Assembly: GCF_006345805.1 (NCBI RefSeq)
Contig: NC_043011.1
Span: forward strand, 2,418,001 to 2,482,000
Length of the DNA: 64,000 bases
Direction of reading: 5' to 3'
Source of the DNA: Octopus sinensis
Taxonomy: Eukaryota
Positions 49,483-63,469 of this stretch are shown here, one piece after another (position 1 is the stretch's first letter; each line of letters begins with the position of its first letter). Both the position numbers and the translations under genes were made by a program. The notes under the pieces were generated by a model, which searched no databases, had not been told where the DNA came from, and was given only the letters and a program-made list of their open reading frames with translations.

Positions 49483-52090
49483 AATAAGGTATCGTTAGAC
49501 ACAAAACAGTTAAACAACAGTAATAAACAATTTAACTCATGGTGAAAAAGAAAAGTTCGAAAATTAAGATGTTAACGGTAAATATATATTCTGATGATTT
49601 CTAGTTATTACAGAGGGATGGATATAGGTTTATTTAAAACCCAATTCATTCTTACATATGCAAATGAGAGAATGAAGGACATGGAATGATGGGATAAATG
49701 TATTAACCTGTTGAATCTTAAATCTAATTAAACGTAGCCAATGGAATAGTCACAGTACTAAAAGCTAAAAGATTTCAAATTGTAGGGCCTCCTCCAAATC
49801 AATCACCCAAGTATGTTTGGTTCTATAAATTTTCAAAAATGTGGAATGGTATTTATGCCTACATGAGGGAATTACATCAAAGAATTTGTTTAATGTGGTT
49901 GAACTATATGATCTAATGATGATAAGTGATTCTCTTATATATAACCTGCATGTATTCAAACTTGCACTATAAGGGGTGCAGGGCTCTGTAATTATGGAAC
50001 AGAATTAGTAAGATATGGAACAGAGGTCAGAGACCTGAACAGAGAATTCGACGCAAGTAAGCTGCCACCAACAGTGGGCTTTTGATACCTATTTGATGAG
50101 GGTCAATGTTAGTAAGAAAGTTTTAGGATGTCCTAGGGCTACGGGCAGAAAACTAGGGGTTAGAGTGTGTTGTATTAGTGTGATTAAAGTTTGGAGTTTA
50201 ACTCTAGTTGCTAACCATGAGCTATACAAAATTATTTTTCAGCTTATCAAAGTTTGATATGGGAAAAGCCTTCGATGCCAATAGTTTATTATTATCCATT
50301 TTTCATCTCTGATCTCATAGTTTGTTTACATTTGACATCTTGGATGTGAAATGCTGTAACAAAAGTCAGTGGTGGCTATAATTTCTATAGAATATCTGTA
50401 GAGATATTTAATGCCAGTGCATCAGCATGGCCGCAGCTCTGAGCTGAAACTAGAGAGAAAAGAAAATGATAACCTTAACAAGTGATATAAACAGCACTGC
50501 TAACACTGTAGAACATTTAATATACTTTATAGTATATTATGGTTGCCTAACAAAACATTGTCTCTCTACAAGTAATTTACATTTATGTACCAGCTTCCAG
50601 GAATATGTAAAACTGGTATATCCAAAAACATTACATCGCTGTATTTAGTGGCTATTTTAGCAATGTGTTCGTAGATGATAAAGGGTTAGATGGGTGCTGA
50701 TGAATGAGTAAAACCTCCTGAAATATGACATATATGCCTATTACCCATTTTTCATCTGTGATCTTATTTACATTCGGCATCTCAGATACAAAATGCCTCA
50801 GCCAAAATCAGTACTGGCTATGATTTCTAGAGACTATCTGTAGACATGTGCAGAAGTAAAATGTTGTACAAGTTGTGTACTAAAATCTGCTTAAAAATGA
50901 AGACGCATCATAGATTAATAAAAGAATTCAATAGATATGTTTTTTTTTAATAAAATTCCAGGAATCAATTTTGTGATTAAACTATATTCTTCCATATTTA
51001 AGTGCATCAAATATTTCTAATATAACAGTTTTGTTTCTGACTTTTTTTCTTTTTGGTAGCGAACAAAAAATTTTGTATTAAATAGCAGGAAGAGACCTGG
51101 GACAATTAAACATAACATCAGATAGCTGGTCATAGATGCATGTCAAAAGATTTTTAAAATGTCGATATAAAACAAAATGAAGTGGAAAGAAAAATAATTA
51201 TTTTGCAGTTATTTTAGTATTTACAAAAATAAACAGTAAGAAAATAAAGAAAGAAAAAATTTATTTTTAACTTGAGCATAACTATAACATTTTATGACTG
51301 TGTATTGTTGATGAACTCAATCCAAGTGCTTACATAGACTATTAGTTTGTCTATATATTCTGAAAGGATGAAAAATAGTTTTAACTATGGAGAGATTTGA
51401 ACCCAGAATGCAAAATGTAAATGATATAAGAGTGCCATACGGTTTTAGCCTACAGATATAACAATTTGTTTTGAATGGTCAAAACTATGAAGATACAATA
51501 TCTCCAGAACATTTTATCTGATTCTTCTTCAAAGAAATTGCAAAGATTATCATCAATATTTTGTGAGGTGGGAAATAGAGTATTTTCCTTCATTTACCCC
51601 AACCTGTTAAAATTATCTTTATCCTTTGAAAATGGAGTCTTTCCTTTGAAGTTACTTAGCACAATTCGTCACGTTATAAATCATTAACTTAAACTGTATG
51701 CCAGATACATTACTAAGATTGTTTTGAAGTTTTTCATGTATTACGGGAGAAAGATATTGTTTGATAACATTTGACTGTTATATTTCTGGTTCTTATTACT
51801 TGAATTAGCAGAATTAATCCCCACCCCACCAACAAAAGCACTCTACATTATATGAGATTTTTACTTTATTAACTATGAGAAAATATTAACTAAGAGAAAA
51901 CATTCTTCTAGATGGCCAGGTGTAATTTGAGGAGAAATTTGATTCCTATAACTAATTAGCCTAAAGTAGCAATTTTCCATAAGTTTATGCTAACAGACTG
52001 TAAAGATTGACTTGTTTTTAATATTTTAGAATTAGTAACCAATTTTGTGCCTAGCAGACTTATCTGACTCTTAGATTAAAAATTAAAATA

Positions 52091-52258
52091 GGCACAGGAG
52101 TGGTTGTGTGGAAAGTAGCTTGTTTACCAACCACATGGTTCCGGGTTCAGTCCCACTGTGTGGCACCTTGGGCAAGTGTCTTCTACTATAGCCTCGGGCC
52201 GACCAAAGCCTTGTGAGTGGATTTGGTAGACAGAAACTGAAAGAAGCCCGTCGTATAT

Positions 52259-52313
<55 letters not shown>

Positions 52314-52531
52314 CGTGTGTGTTTGTGTGTCTGTGTTTGTCCCCCTAGCATTGCTTGACAACCGATGCTGGTGTGTTTATGTTCCCATCACTTAGTGGTT
52401 CGGCAAAAAGAGACCGATAGAATTAGTACTGCGCTTACAAAGAATAAGTCCCGGGGTCGAGTTGCTCGATTAAAGGTGGTGCTCCAGCGTGGCCGCGGTC
52501 AAATAACTGAAACAAGTAAAAGAGTAAAAGA
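52091..52531 (+). mobile_element. SINE family A
   Basis: Full length. Confidence 0.87.
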
Positions 52532-52729
52532 GCATATAATGGTAGCAAATATTGCAATAACATTCTAATATAGAATTGTAAGATAAATTTCTCTCAAATT
52601 ACATCCTACCACCTTAGTAAAAATGCGCAATATATTGAATGATGTAGTCCGTGATATACCAAATGATAGGATGGTCATAACTGGAATGCTTTCCATTGTG
52701 TGTATCTTGCTTGATCAGAGTTGAATTAG

Positions 52730-53053
52730 GGGAGGTTGAGGAAACCACCTTCGGTCATGAATGACTGTGGGAGTGTACCTAGAAAGTTACCTCCGAGGCA
52801 CAAGTAAGGGCAAGATTGTTTGTGGAAGGCCAGCAGTCGCCCATGCATACCAGCCTCCCCTCTCCACACCACTGATGTTATCCAAAGGAAAGGCAAAGGT
52901 TGATACAGCTTGGCACCAGTGACGTCGCAACTCATTTCTACAGCTGAGTTAACTGGAGCAATGTGAACACAACACACAGCACGGTCCAGGAATCGAATTC
53001 ACAACTTCACAATTGTAAGCTCGACGCTCTAACCACTGAACCATGTGCCTTCA
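52730..53053 (-). mobile_element. tRNA-derived SINE (head/core 1 + tail 2) with 14-bp TSD
   Basis: TSD CAGAGTTGAATTAG at 52716-52729 and 53054-53067. Confidence 0.88.
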
Positions 53054-53129
53054 CAGAGTTGAATTAGAGCTTTACAATAACAACAGCATCACTTATAGAA
53101 ACCTTATTGCTACTAGTTACTGTTGTAGT

Positions 53130-53470
53130 ATCTACTAGTATTTACAGACGTTTGTGTTGGTGGATTCCCTGCAACAAGTGATCAGGCAGCAGCTGTTGTT
53201 CAATGCTGAATTATGGGTTTTGGCATTAGCTGATTTTTCCCAGACAGGATATGCATATCATGCAGAAGTATAGCGCAAGGCCAAAATAGTAAATCTTAAT
53301 ATGTATGCTCTGGTTCCCTGTTTGGAATTGACCAGTTTCTGTAGGACATTGATTTGGGAACCAACTTTCAATTTGGTATTTTGGACATGCTCCTTAAAGA
53401 AGAGGTAAAAGGATTGGTACAGTACTGCAGTTGTGTGGTGTATTATGGGACTTAGCAATAACATTTTTAC
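53130..53470 (-). mobile_element. Ingi/Vingi-like LINE RT C-terminal fossil
   Basis: FKEHVQNTKLKVGSQINVLQKLVNSKQG..ILALRYTSA*YAYPVWEKSANAK..ALNNSCCLITCC. Confidence 0.68.
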
Positions 53471-53749
53471 CAGCATCAATACTACAATACTAACATCATG
53501 TCCCTATTATTAAATTATTACGAAATATATCACTATATTAAGCAATTTCCTATGTTACTGTATACAGAGTCATCATCTGCCTGATTGAATATGTTTTCTC
53601 TAATCTGTTAGTATTTGATCAGTACTGGTAGATTCTGAATATAGTTGTATCCAGTATAAATGCATTCATCACCTGTATTATGTGTATTATTATTATCTGT
53701 TATTTATAATAGACTAGATTTTAAATTATTTATTTTTCCTGTGATGTAT

Positions 53750-54600
53750 AACTCTCTTATTTTTTTTTCCAAGAGCTTTATGTTGTTTTGATATACCAGA
53801 ATATGTGCATACTTTGAACATATATATATGTTGATGTCTCTCCATAGATCTTGGTAAACACATGAATGATTATGCTTCATTGAAGAGGTCTAACAACACT
53901 TATGCTTCGCTGGCCTCTGTATGTTTATAATCTAAAGAAGTTTCTTCTAAGTACTTATTCTAGCACAGCCACGATTGGAATTTCTGTTTTTCTCTTTAGC
54001 TCCACCTTCACCAAAGCTCACTCTTCTGTTATGTTTCTGTGTGCCTGACAAACTGACCAAGTAACATTTTCTTCTCTCTTATCCGTTTCACTTTGTTTTA
54101 GTTTGTAATTCCTTTTTGTATCAATGTATTCACTATTGATCTTTCTTTTTTTTCACAACATATAAACATATTTCTTCTTTTCCTAATGTAATTCTTTAGT
54201 TCTATAAATGCTAGACATACTATATCTGTTAGAGTAACCTTCTGTTTCACTTTTTACAGTCTACCAGCACTGATTCGGAGATGTAATTCATAGAGCATTA
54301 TTAACTTCTTTTGTTCTTTTCCAACTTTACTATTCATTTCCTTCTGTTACACCTCATCATCTTATAACAGGACAAAATATTATATCTTTTACCCTCTTAC
54401 AGTAACCTTAAAGCCCTGCTGTTTGGAACAATGATTTCCTCTCTTGTCAAAATTTCTTGTTTCTTTATCTGAAAGATAATGTTTGAAGTCATCCGTGAAG
54501 TGTTAAAAATATAATAAACCTCTAGTTGCTTACTTCAGTCACCTTTGTCTTATCTTTCTGTGTGAAGACAATTTTCCATCTTATAATTCATTATATTATA
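53750..54600 (-). pseudogene. Possible second, more decayed hAT transposase fragment
   Basis: Only a weak motif, KRIREKKMLLGQ (similar to hAT KRIRKKKxMPGE), in an AT-rich decayed frame. Confidence 0.3.
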
Positions 54601-55544
54601 TCTTCTGTTGTGCATTGGACAATATATTTCGAAGTGTGTGTATGTATGTGTGCAAACTTATGATGCTTTTGAGCCAGAAGCTTTGAGCAGCTTTTCAGCG
54701 AGGAGTTTTTTTTTTTTGTATCTTTTTTTTTTGTTTTCTCTTTGCATTATTGCATTTTAAAATCTCCTCTCCAACTATCTAGTCTTTGCAACCATCTGAT
54801 TCTAGGTTCAATCCCATTGAGCAAATGTCATCTGCAGTTGTTCTGGGTTAACCTGTACCTGCATATGTGTGAGATAAAATTTTACATTCTGCAATGTCAG
54901 GAAGTTTACCCAGCTGTAAAATTCTTCAACAATGGGTATACATGTAACATATCCAAGCGTGGAAAAACTAAAAATGAATGAATGAATTTCCACACAAAGT
55001 TTAGTTTCACAGGTTAATTTAGATATTGCAGTGAAAATGCAATATTCAAATAAGAACTGTTAGAGGATGTTAACGATGATGATAAGAAGTAAAAGAAGTA
55101 CATGAAGTGGTAATGAGGACATCATCATCATCATCATCACCATCACCATCACCATCATCATCATCATCATCACCACCATCACCATCACCATCACTATCAT
55201 CATCATCATCATCATCATCATCAGTGGTGGACTTGGATTTTTTGAGCCCTGAAGCTTGAACTTTTATGGGAGTATCACCAGAATCAGCCACCATAGGGTA
55301 ACTTCCGACAAGGTCTGAGAGGCTTTGCTACTGATGTACTTTGCTATACCTTAATAGTTTTTGAGATTGGAGTGGAACGAATATTTATGTATATGCTCAA
55401 TACACAGTAGACTGATAAAATAAAACTAAGAGCAAATTTAATTTCATATGTCATCTTAACCTGTAGAAATGCCAATTATATGAAGAACATAAGAAATATA
55501 ATAATAAATCTCTGAACGAGGTATAAACAGTAACTGCACGACAA

Positions 55545-55688
55545 TGTGAGGTATATTTGCCATCTCAATATGGCTAACCAGAAAATGTGTCAATAGCCAG
55601 CTGGAGACGATGTTCTCCTGGGGCTACAAGCTACAGTAACACCCACCCTTAGTGGTTAGCCATATTGAGATGGCAAATATACCTCACA
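55545..55688. mobile_element. 144-bp MITE with 35-bp perfect TIRs beginning TGT
   Basis: TGTGAGGTATATTTGCCATCTCAATATGGCTAACC and its exact reverse complement. The right ~90 bp recur at ~25525-25619. Confidence 0.8.
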
Positions 55689-56747
55689 TAAGAAATATAC
55701 TCTTTCGTTTTTCTTAACACATTCATACAACTTTTTGTCATATAAGAGTTTCCTTGCCGTGTCTTTATCTAGAGAGAATAAGGATAAAATATTTAAATGC
55801 ACTTCAGTCATGATAGACCAAAATTTATTCATTGTAAATGGTAGGTTTGAGAAATTCCTTACTGCTTCACAGCTCATGATAAGCATTGTCATGTACAGCT
55901 AAAGTGTAGTAGTAATATCAAGTAACATTTCAATAAGGTGTTACTCATAAATAAGCTGAAGAATTTGTGTGCATTGCATTTGCCTGACACTTTTTCTTCT
56001 GTGTTCTGGGATTTCTTAAGATGCCTATCTTTTCTGAACTGATAACATTTATTAACCAATTTGTGGTCAATGTTATCTTTGGAATATAATATTATATATT
56101 TAATATTATCCTCATCGATTTCAGAATTGTTCATGTTTCTGACAGAAACTTGAACCCTTTTGAAATCTGCTCATATAGGTCAATCTTCTTGTGTAAATGG
56201 ATTATGAAGCTGTCAGATTTGATTTAGAACTTCTGATCTAAATTTTTCAGCTCCTCTCAAAGAAGCATTATCAGTTGTTCCATCAGAAATTTTCTTTGTA
56301 ACAGCGTATTGGAATCATAAGAATAACTTGGGGTTACATCTTCACACAAAACTTTTGCTTCTAATTCATAATGGATCTTACTCTTCTCTGAATTTTCTCT
56401 GAGTTCTTCAAGAAACAAATGCCAGTTGAAAACAGAAGATACCTTCAAATATATCAAAGCTAGAGAATTCAGGTTTTTTAATGTTGTGTTGAAACACATC
56501 AGCACTTCTACCAAAACAGCTGTTAAAACAGCTTATTCCAACTTTACCTATTTGTTGTATAAAATCTTTGCATATCATTTACATTCTAGTTTTTCCCTGT
56601 GTCTTCAAAAATATGCTTGAGAGTTTGTAAAATACTCATGCATCCATTTTTGATTGCTTTCACTGCTTCCTAGTTTCAGACTATCTCGTTACACTTAAGC
56701 CCTTTAGAGAAAATCTAGATTACCCTCAGTGTTTAAAATACCCCATA

Positions 56748-56969
56748 CTCTTTTACTCTTTTACTTGTTTCAGTCATTTGACTGCGGCCATGCTGGAGCA
56801 CCGCCTTTAATCGAGCAACTCAACCCCAGGACTTATTCTTTGTAAGCCCAGTACTTATTCTATCAGTCTCTTTTGCCGAACTGCTAAGTGACGGGGACAT
56901 AAACACACCAGCATCGGTTGTCGAGCAATGCTAGGGAGACAAACACAGACACACAAAGATACACACACC

Positions 56970-57015
<46 letters not shown>

Positions 57016-57163
57016 CGACGGGCTTCTTCCAGTTTCCATCTACCAAATTCACTCACAAGGCTTTGGTCAGCCTGAGGCCATAGCAGAAGACACTTGCCCA
57101 AGGTGCCACGCAGTGGGACTGAACCTGGAACCATGTGGTTGGTAATCAAGCTACTTACCACAC
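56748..57163 (-). mobile_element. SINE family A inserted in the hAT fossil
   Basis: Near full length; interrupts the transposase remnants. Confidence 0.87.
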
Positions 57164-57376
57164 TCAGCAAAGAAAACACAATTCCTGCAAAATGACAAGA
57201 TATTCAACAACTTCAGGTACAGTGAACAATAACTTTTCTCCAACAATATCGTATGCAGATTATGCTGCACAAACATCATTAAATCTGCATACCTGTTATT
57301 GTTTTTAAAGCATGCTTGTAGCCCCATCTTCTGAGATTTTCATGTCAAATCCAGTATAGTAGACATGACCATGAGT

Positions 57377-57661
57377 TTTGTTTGTTTGTTCCTTCTCGAG
57401 CCATGCGATTTCTTGGCGTATAGGTTCCCCACCTGGATGGGAAGCCGGTCCGTCGCAGGTGAGCTGCAAGATGCAGGAGGAAAGAGTGAGAGAAAGTTGT
57501 GGTGAAAGAGTCAGCAGAAGTTTCGCCATTAACCTTCTGCCGGAGCTGCGTGGAGCTTAGATGTTTTCTCTCATTAACACACACATCTCCCGGTCTGAGA
57601 TTTGAACCCGCGATCCCTCGACCGCGAGTCTGCTGCTCTAACAAGTAGGCCATGTGCCTCC
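57377..57661 (-). mobile_element. tRNA-derived SINE (head/core 2 + tail 3) with 14-bp TSD
   Basis: TSD ACATGACCATGAGT on both sides (~57363 and ~57662); (CAAA)n tail. Confidence 0.88.
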
Positions 57662-59747
57662 ACATGACCATGAGTATTTTCAAGTGAAAGCTTGAACTTA
57701 TATTCTGTTGAACTCTGAACTTATATTCTGTTGAACAAGATCATGGATGAATGATTTCTCTTGTTAAAATTATTAAAATCCCTCATGAGGTTTTCAATTA
57801 TAAAATTATTGAACCATGATTACCAGCTGGCCAATCAGTAAACAATAATAAAGTAGTATTTAGTGTTTTGGTTTAATGTGATTCACAATTTCCTTTTGCA
57901 CATGTTTCCCCATGATTTCTATGAATTCTGTACTCAGATTAATATAGAGAATCAGTATTTACTTTTTTGTTCTTACATTTCCCAAAATATTCATGTAAAG
58001 ATGGATCAAACTCTGCCATAAGTTCCATGATTTTTATAAAGTTGCCAGTTTTTAGTGAGCCCCACTTCATGGCTGCTAAATGCCAAATCTCTTTCACTTA
58101 AAAATTTGGTAAGAATTTTATACAAAAGTTACAACTCTTTTCAGGATTTCAAAATAGTACTATATATTTCTTTTCAAGTTGTTTCAAGTTTCTGATTCTC
58201 AGGTGTTTTATTTGTATTAATATTAATCCAACACAACATTATCTTCTTATATTCCATACTATTTTCATGATTCTTCCAGAGTGCATTAATCGAATCAGAA
58301 AATCCATCTGTTTTGAGTGGTGTTTAGCATTTAAAAATAAACCATTTATACATCCTTTGTTCTTAAGCTAACCAGAATCAAATCAGAGTTTGGCCAATTT
58401 CTTTTACTTTCAAAGTATTTACTTGTAAAGCATCTGTTTTCATTCTCTCATTTTATCTTCCAATAAACAATTCTGTTTGAAATAATTAATAAATGTTATG
58501 TGACATTTTATGAGGTTACTGTATTTTTTGAAATCACTGAAATTGTTTTTTGCATCACATTTCTGCTGTTTTTTCTTGATTTTCAATACATTCATGTTGA
58601 CCACTATGATATCATCTATGTCAAAAGTATCGATAGCAGGCTGAAAATTGTTAGAAAAACCCTCGTGGCTGGTGTACTATCATTGACTCTACTGGTGCTT
58701 GGTTGTCTTCTTTCATCTGTAGATGGTGACAAACTTAACAATGTAAAATAAGTAGCTACCTTTTGGTAGTTGAAAATTTCATCAGATCAGTTCTCCTTGA
58801 GTTTGCATTTCTAGTATTCACTTAATTATTTTGTGAACTCATTGTTACTTGACTTAGAAAATGGGAAACTCGACTTGGAAAATTGGAAAAGAAAATATCC
58901 TAAGTTATAGCACGACAGGGCTTAATTATGGAGAGTAAATAAGACTGAAACAAGTGCAGAATAATTTGATCCAAACCTCCAAGTCAAGGATCAGATTTAA
59001 ATCTATAAAACTGTAGCATTCATTAACAGGTGAAAATACTAAAGGAAATGCTTACTAAAGTATTCCACAATGCTAAATGTGTTACAGTTATTGGTTTGTG
59101 AAAACCATCTTGTGCAAGATGTTGCACTCAAAAATTTGTTTCATTTCTTTATATAAGTTTTTATATATAAATTTTTACAGACATGTTTTTACATATGCTA
59201 CAAAAATTTGTGTATGCAAATTAACTGCAGGCAATTAATTTTCCCTTAAAACAATGTTTGTTGTCTTAAAAATGGTATAGTGCCCATGATAATTCCTTGT
59301 TGTTAGCTATGATAAGCTTTTACTACATCGATTACAGTCACTCTGTCACTTTGTCACTCTTTCTAAATGAATGCTGAGAAAACTAAGATCTCATGCTAAC
59401 CGTATTTCCCTGGAATGCCTAAATAAGTTCAATCATTCAAACATTTTTACACTATTCATAGATGTTACCAGATTTTAAATGATAATGATTAAAATACTAG
59501 CATGTATAACTAAAGCTATTAACCCTACCTTTTAAAACTCTCAGCCCAAAACCTTGTACTTCACTTGTACGAGAAGCAATTCCGTACCAGCCTACAAGCA
59601 CTTTCATGTGTTATATAGATATCTTCCACTTTGTTATACCTAACAGAGTGGGTATGTGCCAATGCACATGTATGTGTATATATATACATGCTTTTGAAGT
59701 GCTCGTGAGATTATCTGGATGTTATGTTTGTGATTTTGCATATATGC

Positions 59748-60068
59748 ATCATCATCATCATTGTTTAACGTCCGTTTTCCGTGCTAGCACGGGTTGGACG
59801 CTTCGACCGGGTCTGGGAACCCAGGAGGCTGCACCAGGCTCCAGTCTGATCTGGCAGTGTTTCTACGGCTGGATGCCCTTCCTAATGTCAACCACTCCGT
59901 GAGTGTAGTGGGTGCTTTTTACGTGCCACCGGCACAGGTGCTAGGAGAGGCTGGCAGCATCCACGATCGGTTGGTGTTTTTTACGTGCCACTGGCACAGA
60001 AGCCAGTCAAGGCAGTGCTGGCATCAGTCACGTTTGGATGGTGCTTTTTACGTGCCACCGGCACAGAA
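59748..60068 (-). mobile_element. RTE 3'-UTR-derived repeat
   Basis: Reverse complement of the 12.5-kb and 18.6-kb copies. Confidence 0.85.
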
Positions 60069-61147
60069 GTCAGTCAAGTATGTGCATAATAAATTTGTAT
60101 ATAGTTTAGTTAAGCTTATATTATGTGTATGAAGTGTAATAGTTATGTTATACTTATCAACAGATGAAATAGAAAATTGAAAAGCAAACACTTTCATTAG
60201 TCATTCAGTAATATTAAAAGAAAACAACTAATGTTAATGCAGAAATTTAATGCAACTTGGCTTTTCTTTTTCTTTTTTCAACTTCTCATTTACTTTCTCC
60301 ATTAAGCCATTAGAAATAAAATTATTTTATCTTTATTTTTGTTGTGTTGATAAACAAAATTATTTTATTTGAACATTTTCATTAACAAATGGAATATTTA
60401 TTTTTTAAATTCTAGTTTTTTAATATTTTTCTCAATTAATGTTTATAAAACATTTTAAAAAATCTACTTTGTTACAATTCATCTGTTTTTGTTTTTCTTG
60501 GTATTGTTGTTTACATTAATTACCCTATTGTTTTAAAAACATCTAGAAGTTGCTTTTTGTTTCTTAAAATTGATAATAAAGCTTTTTGATAGAGAATTAA
60601 ACCTTTTTTTCTATTCAACTTTGTAAAATCATTGGTTTCATTCAGCTATTTCTGTGAAAGCATGTTTCCATCTGTAGTGAGTCTCTCCTTAATTGATAAT
60701 CTTATAAAATTATCACTATATTCAAACATCTTAAACAGATATTTTATTCTGTTTTTTTTTACTGATTTTATTCTATTTCATTTATATTCTTCTTCTTTAA
60801 TATGGTAGTAATAGAACAGCCATGAACATGAGTGCAAGTATGGTTGTAGAGTTAAGAAGTTCAATTCTCAACCATGTGATTCTGGGTTTGATCCCACAAT
60901 GTAGTTTCTTGTCTTTAATTAAAAATAATAAGAATAACTTCAAATTTTGGTACAGGGGCAGCAATTTGGTGGTAGTAGGTAAGTCAATTTCATCGACCCT
61001 AGTGCTGAACTAGTACTTAATTAATTGATTCCAAAAGGATGAAAGGTCAAGTTAACCTGGGCAGAATTTGAATTCAGAACATAAAGATAGATGAAATGCT
61101 GCAAGCATTTTGGCTGGTGTGCTAACCATTCTACAAGATTGTCACCT

Positions 61148-61181
<34 letters not shown>

Positions 61182-61196
61182 AATAACAATGCCATA

Positions 61197-61790
61197 ATGC
61201 AGTACCAGGCAGTGGCTCTCGTGGCTTCTGATCTTAACTGATTGCAAGTGTTATCATGTACATTGTTTTGTCTTGGTATAAAAGATGGGCTACAGCAAAT
61301 ATTCTGCTCACTACCACAGATTTGCTTGTCAATTGTTTGACTTTAACCAGTTGAGCATGTCCCTTAGTGGATGACGATATGTGCATCTCTGATCACGAGT
61401 AGAAGTTGTGGGGGAGCATCATAGCCATGTGTTGAGAGGGATTCTTTGGGGTTTGAATAATTCACCTCTGGAAACATGGGTGTTGCTTTCAACATCCTTA
61501 AACAATCCTTATTCAGGGACCTTTTGAATAGGATGGGTTACTTGACCAGAAGAAAATTCTAACTGGGCCCCACCTGCAAGGTCATGTGCTGTTTATCTTG
61601 ATATGAGATCACCATGTTGCGCACATATGGTTGTGATGCATGTGCCTAGTGTACCCTTATCAGACGGGTAGTCATAATGGGTATACTGGGCTTCGTATAT
61701 TTTACCCCAGTGTCACTTTGATGCCATGCACTACTCTCTCACTCAATAATAATAATAATGATAATAATAATATAATAATAATAATAATAA
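61197..61790 (+). mobile_element. ~600-bp interspersed repeat with (AAT)n tail (family D)
   Basis: Ends CTCTCTCACTCAATAATAAT. Second copy at 13908-14515. Confidence 0.8.
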
Positions 61791-63469
61791 TACATGTGTG
61801 TGTGTGTACAATGACTTATGAATAAATCTCTTGAGAAAAAGTCCTCTATTAGTCATGCAACCAACTTTTGACTGGCTTGTTAAAAACCAATGGTAATATT
61901 GTTTACTAATTTGATATATAAGATAAATGCAACTAAACTTTACTTATTGAACAAATTTTTGAAGTGTCTTATAAGAACGGTAATCTCTTAGGTTTTCCCT
62001 ACAAGAAAACAATACTTATAAATGTTAAGAATTTATGTAACAGGAATAACATTCTATTTAATATGAGATGAATTCACTGAGCTGCTGAGAAGCTGAACAA
62101 TGAGTTTCATAGGTGTAGAGTTCTTGTTAATATATTTAATTATTGATGTCTCAGTTATTTGTGGGGAGCAGATAGCAAAACTTCAGAAGATGTTACTTTT
62201 GATAGACTGACATCATAACCTACAGGGGATATATTTCTTATCTAATTAATCTGATAGAATTATCAGCTAATGAACAGCTTTATGAAACCATGAAGATAGT
62301 ATTTGTGCTGCTCTTGATATTAAATAGTTTATCAATATATTAATGTTTAGCTTATTAACCAAAGGCATTAATCATAAGGCATTACTGGTGATGTAAGATG
62401 GTAGCAGTTATTTCACTATAATATAAAAGGTGATGCATATATTGGCTCATTAGGAGAAACAAAATATGTTTTTGAAAACCTACACCAAATTTAGACAGTT
62501 GTTATGGGTAAAAAGATAAACAGATTGACATTAGGCAGTGTACTACTTTGTTGTTCTACAAGTTTAAAGAATTTTGTGTATATTACCTTCAACTACTGCT
62601 GCTGCTACCACCACCACCTCCTCCTCCGCCTCCTCTTCTTCTTCTTTTCCCCCTTTCTTCTCAAATATGTCTGACAGTAAAGGATAGAACATCTTGTTTA
62701 AAACTAATACCGGGATCTTTGGTAACTTTAATAATGTTCGTTCATTGTAAATACTTTGAGAAGACCCTTAGCTTTACATCAGTTTTGAACTTGACTAATA
62801 TTTATTTTGAGGTTGTTTCAAATTGCTGTTCAATGCACAGCTGTCTCATTCATTTATTATTGCTAAGTTATTGATCCTATACAAATTATAGACAAAAATT
62901 GAATCCCCTGCACTGATATATATATATATATAAATATTTGCATTAATATGATTAACAAAGTATAAAGCAGGCATTCTGCAGTCAAATGAATCCCCTGGCA
63001 AGAAATAGATGTTTGATCTGAGTCCTGTCTGAAAGTATTTTTTCATTAGGCATTTTAGAGTGGTCACAGAGCCACCTGACAAGTGATAGATATATGGTTC
63101 AGTCTCCATAACTAGGTTTGATTATTATTTATGTCTCAAACTGCTCCTCATTCTATCTAATATCATTAAGTCTCCCTTGAGTAGGTCAACTGAGGACAAC
63201 AGTAAGTTGTCCTCAGTTCTCTTCCCTCATGTAACCACACCAGAACAATATCAGAAAAAGATACTAAAGTTGATATAACACAATAAGACATGAAAATTAA
63301 ATGACTGATAAATTTGGTACACCAAAGTTCAAATTATGAGGATTAAAATAAGTTTATACATGGATGTTTGGTTGCATTTCCATAGTTTTCTCAGAAAAAT
63401 TGCATTTCCGTAATTCTCTCAGAAAAGTTAGTTACATATAACATTTGTTCTTGTGAAGTGTAATTATGG

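Larger units (their letters stand above)
55690..58420 (-). pseudogene. Fragmented hAT transposase (ZMYM1/DUF4371-like) interrupted by two SINEs
   Basis: Remnants in the expected order on the minus strand: TDGFSD..HENS, FLSERDLAF..GNFIKIMELMAEFDP, CAA..VPEVVEYLVILQEL, and VRNFSNL..KFWSIMTEVHLNILSLFSL (dimerisation domain-like). Confidence 0.72.

Noticed and set aside
47862-49498. Long ORFs (up to 406 aa) rich in YI, CM and HT
   Set aside because: They are translations of TA/TG/CA microsatellites. The same applies to the 28.2-29.0 kb and 32.7-33.3 kb ORFs.
55070-55294. Asp-rich ORF
   Set aside because: It derives from a (CAT)/(CAC) trinucleotide tract.
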